Origin: Sphagnum compactum
Taxonomy: Eukaryota
Direction: 5' to 3'
Assembly (NCBI GenBank): GCA_965153455.1
Contig: OZ234493.1
Coordinates: 18,714,213 to 18,778,212 of the forward strand
DNA: 64,000 nucleotides
Positions 53,490 through 64,000 of the stretch are shown one piece after another. The notes under the pieces were generated by a model that was given only the letters and a program-made list of their open reading frames with translations, was not told where the DNA came from and did not search any database. The translations under genes were made by a program, and so were the position numbers. Numbering within the stretch: the stretch's first letter is position 1; each line of letters starts with the position of its first letter.

Positions 53490-54847
53490 GTATACTTGGA
53501 ACTAGTAGTAAACATTATCTTCAATACTTTATCACAATGTTGAACATTTCAACCGTCTCCTGCTTTGCTCAAATTTGTTTGACCCTAAGCTTCTGTGCGC
53601 CAACCCCCAAAAAAAGAAATTCCTAAAAATGATCCTATTTCCCTTGGGCGCCACCAAAGTATTCCCAAAGTGAACCTCTTGCCCCCGCGGCCAAAGACTT
53701 TGTCAACTCGGTAAACTTCGTTCCATGTGTCTTACCTCTCTATAAGTCACTGATCCGATTATTATTTTAATCGTATTGTGCTCGCCTTTTGAATCGCAGT
53801 ATTATTTTAAAGCCTAAGGTACTTCGACTTTGGAGTCTGAAGTCCACACCTTCCAAAGAAATTCGTAAACTGAACCTCTTCCCCCGGCCCTGCCGAAGGT
53901 CTATTCCCAAAGCGGATCCCTTGCTTGGGAACCGCGTAAGACTTTGTCTCCTTTGTGAACTTTGCTCCATGTGTCTTACCATTAATTTAATCCTAATATG
54001 CGCACGTTTGGAATCCCAGTATTATTTTAGAGCCTAAGGTACTTTCTCTTTGGACTCCACAAAGTCCAAGGCAAAGCCCACATCCAGATTTCTTTCGTGA
54101 TTGATGGAGCTCATGCAAAGGACCTACAGACCACAACTCCGGATTCTGGAAGGTCTGGTAGTTCAAGGTTGTATCCATCTCGAGAGACTCAAGGCTCTCA
54201 TTTCGGATGTGCTCGAAGTGACGAAGACTGTTTTTTCGCAGTAGCCATCGAGTTGAACGGACAGGGGGTTGGCAGAGTGAAAGACGCGCGTGGGCAGTAA
54301 TAGCAGCAGGAGGAGTGGGGAGAGTTGTTGGGATCACAGCATCTTAATTCGGAATAGGAGTAGGTCCCTCCACAACGTCAAGGAACCATACATGAAGTGG
54401 AAAGTAAGATGTGCAATTGGGGCAGAGCTCCTGCAAGCATTATCGTATGTCTTCTCCAAGCTAGTTGTACCATGATGCAATGTTCAACATCGAAGTAGGA
54501 GCTCTGGGGTGATGTCGAGTTGCAGCGGCCGTGATTATTTTATGATCAAGGTGTGGAGTTCTTGAACGACCCTAACCTCATTAGTGTACTCTCATGGTCT
54601 GCCTAGACTGAATCGATCCAGGATAGTTATGGCAAGGGAGCTGCCGTGGTGTAGATCAGTGTTTTTTCCAAATGATTTTTAACAAATAGCCTTATGGCGA
54701 CAGTCTGCCTCAGCTGGCACCCTAAAACCACATGCGAAGACACCTCTAATAGGGCCTATCCACGCAATACAATGTTAAGGCTACTGTTGATTTTGGCTCA
54801 GAAACACCCCAAAAATCTTAGTAGATAGTAGTCGCCAGACCCAAATC

Positions 54848-57800
54848 ATGGACCATACCGACACTAAACGGATCATTGCCGGTGGATATGCGCTTGAGTC
54901 TTATGTTCTTAGGTCTCCCCATATCCTCATACCTCAGCTGAACGTCAAATTTCGTCCTTCTTCTAATGGTGAGTACTTTGACATGTCCTATGAAGCCATA
55001 GAGAAGAAGTCTAACGCTCATGTACGTCCTCAGCGAAAAGGTTCTATCAGCATCAGCAAAGAAGATTACCTGATGCTGATGAGGTCCATAGGTGACAGGC
55101 GGAATGTCGGATCCACCTGTTTGCAGTACCTTTGGCCTTCGGATAAGCTGGATTCTGTAGTCTCAGGTTTCTTTCTCAGTTGTAGTGGGGGTTTTACCCA
55201 GCTTTGTCGAGCTCTATGCACCAACAGGACCATGTCGACCTTACAGATTCAACTGTCAGGAAAAGCACCGGATGTTTTAGCTCTTTTTCGAGCTTTCGAC
55301 ACCAATGTTTCCTCCCCGAGTCAATTGTTGACAATAGATCCAGCGGAAAAACGGATGATGGAAGTTGCCATTGCGATGAAGGTTGCAATAAAAGAAATTG
55401 CCTTTCTGCTATGTTATAACGAAGCTTTGCAAACTATTCAGATTCAAAGTGACAACAATTCTGATCAAGATTGGGTTAAATTGGTGCGACCACTGACTAA
55501 GGATCTAGATGTTCAGCAAGAAGATGTTCAGCAGCAATCACACGTGGACCTTGCTAAGCTCCATGTGACAATTTCGGGGAGTGCAATGCCTGCTGCAGTA
55601 TGCAATCTTGCTTTCCATGAGGTGTTCCAAAGCTCAACCCTGAAAGAGCTTACAGTTGAAACCTCGGACCATTATTGGGACATGCTGGACAGTAGTCGCA
55701 GCTGTGCATTGCTCCAAGCATTGGTCAGACCATTGATTGCGGATGAAGCTGGTCAGGAAGCAAAAGCCAACCTTAGCAAGCTCACTCTTGTACTTCCACA
55801 TGTCGGAGTGAGTGGAAGTTGGTCTCCTGCAATATTTGCAGAAATCTTACCTGAGTTATTACAGAGAAATTCCACACTAAAAGAGCTCACAGTGAAAGCT
55901 CCTGAGGGAAGAGATGAGGGAAGAGAACCTGTGTGCACTATTAGAATCTTTGAAGGAGAACAAATCCCTTGAAATCCTTGACCTGTCTGAATGTCAAGGG
56001 ATACTTACTCAGAGGGTTATTCCTACCCTTATGGATATCCTCTTAGTGAATTTCACTTTGAGAGATATCAATTTTGGAGACTCTTCAATCTGGTATGGTG
56101 TGAAGGAACAACTACAAAAGAATGAGAAGTACATGCAATCATGTTTGAGGAAGCTTCCAGTGGCCAAGGCACAGGCTGCAAGAGTGTTCTTGTGCGGTGG
56201 TCCATATGCTGGTATGTGCCATGGAATTGGTGTGATTCTTCACATGCTCTGTGTCACATAGAATTTGGAGGGCTGTTGGCCAACCTTTCTTCCTGTCCAA
56301 AAGCAGTCTTTTCTAACCTGCACAATCTTCCATAACTTCTTCAGCAATTGCATCTTGGGCTGCATTTCTAGATTTAATCCAATTATTGAGATCCTCCAGA
56401 TTTGCAGATAACCTGTGACAGTTTTAACATTCAAAAGCATGTAATAGATTTGAGAATGGTAGCAAGGGAATGGCAGTCTGGCTCTAGCATAACATGACAG
56501 CTTGAACTTTGATGGCAAGCAGACATAACAGCTCAATAGGGAGAAGTCAATGGGGACAGCCTTGTAGTTTGTTGTTTTTCTCCCGCTTGAAATCCCCTTG
56601 CCACAGAGGAGTTTATGGTTCATGCTATGTAGCTAATTGGTAATGAATTCTTGCAGGTAAGACAACATTGCGAAAAATCCTCATCCGCTGTAGTGAACCT
56701 GGCAGCAAGTTTCGCAAAACCTATCTCAGTCCTTGCAAAGATCTTGTGGTGAAATCTCATGATGGCATTCAAAAATTACTCCATGGACCTTTTCAGCTTG
56801 CACTACGCACACGTGGAATTGAGATTTGTGGCTTGAAAAACAATGCAGGAATAAGGTTGTCCATCTGGGATATGGGCGGTCAAGAAGAGTACCATGCCTT
56901 TCATGACTTCATGTTCCCCAATCTTAGCGACACAGGAAACCCATCCTCATTTCTCCTTGTCTGCAGCCCATTCACAAGTGTGCACATGAATGCAAAGAAA
57001 CAACCTGAAGTCATATTTCAGGAGTTGGAGTACTGGCTTCGATTCATTGCTTCCAATACCAGGAAGTCCATCTCCTTCAAACCGAAAGTTGTTGTGGTTT
57101 TGACTCATGCTGACAAAGTTGCTGGGCTTGCTACTTGGGCAAAAGGGATTGTCACACGATTGCAGAGGAATTTTGGTGATGCATTAGATCTATCACCCGA
57201 GCCCATTGCTGTCGATGCAAGATCCTCTCATTCTTGTAACTCCATAGCTTGTCTTATCCAAGACAACACCCAGGCCATGCTTGAGAAGTTACCACCTGTC
57301 TATGAGGTGTGCAGTGTGATGAGGCTTGTCCTTGCAGACTGGAGATTGCAACATCCAGAGTGTCCATTGATCAGTTGGCAGACATTCTCAGACCTCTGCC
57401 AAGATGCACAGGTGCCAGACTTGATTACATCTCTTGAAGGTTTTGCTCCAGAATATCTGCTTGTGGAGGAAAGGCGCAAAGCTGTTGCAGAATGTCTGCA
57501 CGACGCTGGAGATATCATTTTCATCAATGATTTTGATTTCATTGTGGTGGATTTGAATTGGTTTTGTCACCGGGTCATGGGCCACCTAATCCAGCTGAGT
57601 CATGACAAAATCAAAGATCAGAGCTCCATGGGATCTCCAGCAGATGGTTTTAGAACAAGGGAATACGTAGAAGCCATTCTGAATGACTCTTTGAAGACCT
57701 CTCGTGAGCTTGGTCGTCATGGAGGAAGTATGCAGAGTGTGAAAGCTGAGACTTTGGTGAAACTCATGTTGAGGTTGGAGTTGTGTTTCGAGAGAACGAC

Positions 57801-59624
57801 TGGATCCCTTGATGATGGTCTGTTCATTCCCACGACTCTAGCCAGAGAGTCTGGATGTCTGTGGCATTGGCCAGCAAGCAACTGTGATTTCCAATGCAAC
57901 ATTACAAAAGTCGTACACTTTGGACGGAGGCTTCAGTGTGATGATCAGAAGTGCACATTCATACCTCCTGGTTTATTTTGCCGATTACAGGTTTGAGTAC
58001 CACCTTGCATCTTTTCCAAGTCACTTCATTGATAATATTGAGGGAAAAAAGTTCTTGTTAATAATTATGCCCATAGCCATGCATCCACCATGATGATATA
58101 ATGTTTTGGGAACTTTGCATTTTCTGAAATTTTTAGGTAGAACAAGGATAGAAGTGAATCAAAAGATTATTGTTTGTTGACATGTTGTCATGGTTGTGCA
58201 TACAGGTCTCTTTGCACAACAAGTTTCTAGGACCTAGTAATCACATGACTGCTGATTACTTCCTTGAGAAGGACCTCATCCTCATTGTGTTTAATGGGGT
58301 GGAGATTGTGTTGGAATATCATGGGAACGTGGGTACTCATATTGATGTGTTGGTACGCTCAAACTCCATGAGCTTTGACGATGCTCTGGAGATTGTTCAT
58401 GAGCATGTCATGACACATGTTCAAGAACTTTGTGTCAGTTCAGGAGGCTGCCAAGGTGTCTTACTTGTGGAGGGGATTGTGCGACCAGAGTGTGTAAGGC
58501 AACAAATGTCTTTCATGCAAAGGCAAAATCAAGCAGTCCTTGTGGAAGATTTGAAGCGTGCAATTGAGGCTTCTGGGTCCAGAATGAGATCCTACCAGCA
58601 TACTTGGAGTCAATTGAAAGAAGGAGATCATGTCATTCTTGATTCAAGTTGTGAAGCAGCCATGGACCTCTTGGGAAGCAAGGAAAAAGAGGATGTGGAA
58701 AGACGACTTCGTGAGCTACGACATTCCAAGGGTTATGACCACACAATGAATCCCTTAGGTGGATTGACATCATCAATCCTGGAAGCACAGGATTCAACCT
58801 TCCCCAAACCCATGTTTTATGGTGAAAGCTCTAAAGTCCTTGTGCCCAGCTCAGGAGACAATAGAAGCAATGTGCAATGTCCTTCACCACAAGACCCAAC
58901 GTCTTCGGACCAGGACATAGTTTTGCGGAAGATTGAGGATTTGAGCATACAAATTAGCCATCTCGAAGAAAGGTTGTGTCCAATGACTAAACACGTCATT
59001 GATTTTTTCGTGAAGTCCTCACAACACCAAGTGCCACGCATTGTGTTGTTCACTAAAAATGATGCCTGTATGAAGCAGAGGTTGGTAACAAAGTTTGTGC
59101 CTGGAATGAAGGCTCTACGACTGCATCTTCTATGCGAATACAAGACACACGTGCACAAAGTGCTGGGGAAGCATGGATGTGAGGTGATTCTTCAAGAGAA
59201 GGAATGGGAGGAGATCCATGGATTGGTGGTGGAAGGGCTGAAGTGGGTCTTCCTGGCTATCAAAGTGGGAATGCACGTCACAATGGGGATAGGTGACCTG
59301 GTGCCTAATCCTAGCAAAGCATATGCAAAAGCTGTAAGTGATTCTGTGGGATCTCATTTGCCAATAGACTGGGCCACTGTTACACCTCAGGAACTTGTGA
59401 TGGATGCAGCTTCAGCTGTGAGAACTGCACAGAAAGAGTCTGCAGAACAATGGCTGGTGGACTTCTTGAAAGATAAATCTATTCTCAAAGACTTTGGCTT
59501 GCAGAGGGTGATATACAAGGATGAGCAGACAGCTGAAGTGGGATGGATTTGTGAAAAACATTTGAAGAAGGGTTTGCAATGTGGCGAACTTGCAAGACTT
59601 CCACATGGAGGAATGGGGCTGTAA
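54848..59624 (+). CDS. TRN1-like: TORNADO1-like LRR-ROC-COR (ROCO) protein, 3 exons, ~1370 aa, one frameshift near 55895
   Basis: Exons 54848-56211, 56657-57990, 58206-59624. ROC motifs: LCGGPYAG|KTTL (P-loop split by intron 1), RTRGIEI, IWDMGGQEEYH, VVLTHADK, VDAR. COR: GDIIF..IVVDLNWFC. TRN1-type tail: VPRIVLF...LHLLCE...AEQWLVDFLK...FGLQRVIY...WIC. Exon 1 length is out of phase by one base. Confidence 0.85.
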
Positions 59625-60499
59625 ACTAATAGGTGCACATGTCTTTAAGGATGTCAAGCGATCTTTGAATAGAACTCTGAATTGGTTGGTCATAGAGGGA
59701 GGTGTTTACTTACGCTTGAATTCAATTAGTGGGAGGGTGGTTCAGCGACCAGAGACTTTGAATTGGATGCATAATTGGATCAGCTGCCCTTTAGGTGACA
59801 TTACATGTATAATTCCTTTGACAGAAGGTTGGAGTTCAAGATGTATCTCAAAATGAAGTTCTCGCCGATTCTTTTTTAGAAAAACACATCTTAAAGATAT
59901 GGGGTCAATATCATACCTGCTAGGTGATGAAATTCTGCAAATTCAAGCCACTGTTGTGAAGGACTAGAACGTGGAGTGGTACATACCCCAGGTACTAATT
60001 ACTCTGCCAAATTTGATATTCTGTTTGGACTTCCTCTGTCAAAAAGAACAATATCTGTGTGAATGGAGGTTTTCACAATGACCGGAAGTCTTTGTGAAAA
60101 GAAAACACGTGAAGAATTTTTTTTGGGGCAAGATAAAGCAATAATTTTTCTTTCTAGAATGTAAACACTAGTGTTCTTGGGAGCTCAAATGGTGAGCTTA
60201 ATCAAATTTTGGAGGAGAAAATGCTACTTTTCAGAGTTCACATTAGAGCAAACCAGAGGTTTCATTAACAAGAAATCTCAATCCCATCAAAATCAATATT
60301 GCAAGAATTCTCAATCCCATCAAAGCAGGTTTTTCAAAGCCCACTTTGTGCTTAAAACTCTCAATGTTGTTTCTCCTCTTTTTTCTTTGTTTGAATTTTG
60401 GGATTTATTCTTGTTTTTCATTCTATTTTTTTTTTCTTTTTGTTCTTTGTTTTTTTGGTGATCTCCTTCCCTTTGGTGTTCCTTTGAGCCACCCACCAT

Positions 60500-62460
60500 C
60501 AAGGATGAGTCATCCTGTTAATGCAGGTCTTGTGACAGAAACACATACCTTGGTTAATTACATGAGACTGTGATTTGGAAATGTGACCTGGATTTTTGTG
60601 GGCCACTGTGAAAAGAGAAGGACATCAACATCAACTACTTTATGAAAAGTTATCATCATCAATTGGAATGGCTAAAACGCTTTCACCTTTTGTAGTCTGT
60701 TGAAGGTGGCACTGTGAAGAGTTTGTGTGTTGTGCTTAGAATAATAATCGTGTGTGGGTTTTGTGTGTGCTACTGAAGGCAGAAATGGTGAATGGTGAAG
60801 ATGGTGTTGCCAAGCTGGGCTTTTTTTTGCATTCTTGATGGGGGAATGCATTAGAGTGATGGTAGGAAGGATGCTTGCGTGGCCAAGGGAGGAGATAAGT
60901 GGGAGGAATGTTGGTGGTGAGGCACAATGGAAAAAGCTAAGTTCATGATTCATGCTTTTGGTTTGGTATGCTTAAGTATGTAGTGAGGTTGTTTGTGAAT
61001 AATGAACTGCAGTAAGATGAATGCTTGATTCGTAGATGTGGATGCCACTGTTAAGTTGAATTTTTAGGTTTCTTCATTATTTCTGCTATGCTGGGAACTT
61101 GGAATTTCATATGCAATGTTCAGTCATTCAGTTAGTAGGAGAAGTAGGATTAGGGATGGTTGTGGAAGTGATGAAAACTCTTAGGGGATTGTGAGCATGG
61201 TGAGGAATTTCTGTGTCTGTCTGTTTGTTGAGTCTGTTTTGTGAAGTTCCATCTCGAAGAATTCATGGTGTCAGATTTTAGGCGTTATTGATGTGGTAAT
61301 GTTACATTCATTCAAGGGTCTAAGAGAAACTATATTTTATGTGTTTTTGTTGAACAGAACAATGGCATCATGTGATTTGAAAAGCATTCTGTTTGTGCTA
61401 TTTGGCAGCTTAATGAGTAATTGTATTAGTGGGGAGTTCGGAACTATCTTGCAGAAGAAGGGCAAAAGAAAATGTACTTTTTTGTTGAGTTTGGATGCAA
61501 GGCAGAAACATCCTGCGAGCATTTAATCTCTCTCCATGTTGCCATTTGTGAACAAAGTTCCAGTTACTGAGAGTGCCAGTTGACATAATTGTGATGATTT
61601 TGTTGGCCAAGTATGCATGTTAGAAGGAAGGTCAGAGAGTCTTGTGAATGTTCATGAGTATGAGGGCCATGAAGAAGAAAAATTGCTCATGAAAGAGTTC
61701 CAGAATGTGTTCATCCAAACAACCATCCACCAGATTCTTAGATTTGAAAATCACTCATTAGTCTAGAAGTAGCTGAATTTGTGTCAGGTTATTCATGCAG
61801 AAAGATTCAAGTGCATATGATGTGTGGCATTGTTGCAATAGTATTTCGCTTTATTTTCTTGGCATTTCAACAAGTTAGGTAATCTATAACTCCCAAAGTG
61901 GTGAGGGAGCATTATTTCCTTCTGCCACTTTCTTTTGGTGAGAAGATTGCCTGAGTCTGATGCTTGCTGCTTGAATGAGTTTTGATTTGTGTGAAATGTT
62001 GGATATGAGAATTTGGGACTGGATTGTTATAAAACTTATTGGTTCTTGTTTCTGTTGTTTGATTTTTCAACTGAATGCCTTAAGATCGATCTGGCAGATC
62101 TAAAAGCTAATATGGAAGTTCCAATTAACATAATAACAATTGATCATATGTTTGATGAAGGTTTGTCCCGTGTCTGTTCTTAAGCCATTGATACCAAAAA
62201 CAAAGAGTCGCTTTTTGAATAACATGAACCAAAAACAATGAAGTCATCTATTTCCTTCTTTAGTGTAGGTTGCCAAAGTGAATAATCATGGCTGAGTCTT
62301 CCTCTTGCTTCTGGACTTGCAACAGAAAGTCAGCATTGAAGCAAGTGGTTACATTGGCTTGTACCCGTTGCAGGGAAATTATCCAGAACTGATGAACTGA
62401 ATTGTGAAGGAGATGTCACTTTCATACATGTCACTATTGATGGTCACTGAGTAAATGAGG
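60500..62460 (+). mobile_element. Possible very decayed second Penelope-like remnant
   Basis: Only weak motifs (FGTILQKKG ~61437; CEMLDMRIW ~61990), plus a ~70 bp block at 62385-62455 similar to 6250-6320 at the 3' end of the intronic element. Confidence 0.3.
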
Positions 62461-62779
62461 GATTATCACTGGTGTTTATATTGCTAGAGTTATAGTTAGT
62501 TCAAACTAGTTCAAGTCCCTTTTGTGTATTTTGTGCTTTTTTTCTTCCTTGTTCTTTAATCATCATTGGACTTCCTCTTTAACTTAAAGGGAAAGTTTTG
62601 TCTCTTTGCTAAAGTACCTTTAATTGTGAGAGTTATTGGATTATTGGTGTTTCAAGGCTTTCATCAAGTTTTCCATTCTGCATACCTAGTGTTGCATTTA
62701 TGCAGGTCCTAAATAACTATGGAAACATTTCAGTTTTAGGTTTAACCAACCTCAAGTTTCTTTCCAACATGCAAACCTC

Positions 62780-63700
62780 TAACTGAGACAGGTCTACTTT
62801 TTTTTTGGATCTATTGTGATTGCAGATGCAGATGTAGTTCTTAGTATGCCTTGTTTGAACGGGACTTAGGTCGTGGGATAACCTTTTCAGTGAGGAAAAG
62901 ACTTTTACACTGTTACAAACCTCCTCCCTCCTACAAACTAAAGTTATGACATGCTAATTGTGCATTTCAGCACAAAGTTTATGAAGAATGCTCTATCCTT
63001 TCTTTTGATCAAGTCCAAAGCGGTCTCTGTTTTAGGGAGTACATGTGGTCATCTCAAGTGTCATTTACTTTTGACAGGAAGCAATCAAAGTATAACTAGT
63101 GGTTGTCTCTCCTCTGGACCTAATCAAAACACCATTACTCTTAGCATCTTTCACAATTCAGTCCCTTGCATTTTCATGGTGCCCCCCAAGTCATGTGCTC
63201 AGGAGTCAAGGGCATCAAGAGGACTTTTCTTCAGTTTGGAGGGTATAAGGATAGAAAGCTTATGCAATCTCAAGGCTTTAGAACTTTCTATCACAGCGTC
63301 AAAGACTAATCTTGGAATTTGATTGGTGTACAGTATCTGAAACATGGTTGAAAAACAGTCAAGTTGACAACCACTGTGTGAGCTTCAACCACCCGGATAC
63401 AAGGTGAACTTCTAGCATGTACTATAGAGGCACAATTGGCAGTGCCATTTTCCAAGTTTCACCTATTTGCATGATCTCATTTCAGATAATTTCAATCCAG
63501 ATAGCTATCTTAATTGCTCATTTTCTATGGCTCAAACACCTCAGCCAACCTTTAAATTGTTGGCTTAATTTGTCTTCATTCCATCTTCTCAGTGTTGCTG
63601 ATTGGTTACACTCTGAAATCTTACCCTAATTGCAGAATCCTGGAATTTTTTCTACCTTTATGCAAACTACTGTAGCATTTGAACTAGAGTAAGCTAGGGT
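62780..63700 (+). mobile_element. Possible decayed gypsy protease/RT remnant
   Basis: DADVVLSMPCL (~62825-62857) resembles the retropepsin DxxLGMxWL motif; nothing else is clearly readable. Confidence 0.25.
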
Positions 63701-64000
63701 GATTCCCAAGTGAATGATGTCCTTCCATCATGTGCACAGTGAAGAGACGACTGCTGAGTAATGCAGAGAAATGGAATCCATTCAAGGAAATTCTTGTGTG
63801 GATTGAGTCCTTTGTTGCCAAATTCCAAATTATATCCTTTCTCTTGGTTGGTGTATGTTAAGAAGGAAGCAAATGGCGAGATTGCAAATATAATAGGATG
63901 TCTCTCATGTACTTCAAACAGGAGCCATGAAAGAGGAAATAATCATGGAGCTCTCAGATATTGCAAGCATACATTGGTGTAAAGGGTTCTGGAAATCTGG

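Overview
Eukaryotic, intron-containing land-plant DNA, probably a bryophyte such as a Sphagnum-type moss (inferred from gene content, not proven). There are three host genes: (1) an intact 9-exon chloroplast ClpP5 gene (+, 1431-7109) whose ~3 kb last intron holds a decayed Penelope-like retroelement; (2) a disrupted hydrolase-NB-ARC-LRR (HNL-type) immune receptor (-, ~36555-29990) with about 38 near-identical 72-bp LRR units that vary mainly at ligand-facing positions; (3) a TORNADO1-like LRR-ROC-COR gene (+, 54848-59624) with one frameshift. The rest is nested transposon debris: SWIM/Mutator and Ulp1 remnants, three CACTA-family copies with extremely AT-rich cores, an old chromoviral Ty3/gypsy element with an inverted integrase segment, hAT, Tourist and 4-bp-TSD TIR insertions, and an intronless MAPKKK fragment. 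The best candidates for new biology are the modular LRR cassette array on a SesB-like hydrolase NLR, the intronic Penelope-like element, and the AT-eroded CACTA cores. All motifs were read by eye; no searches were run.
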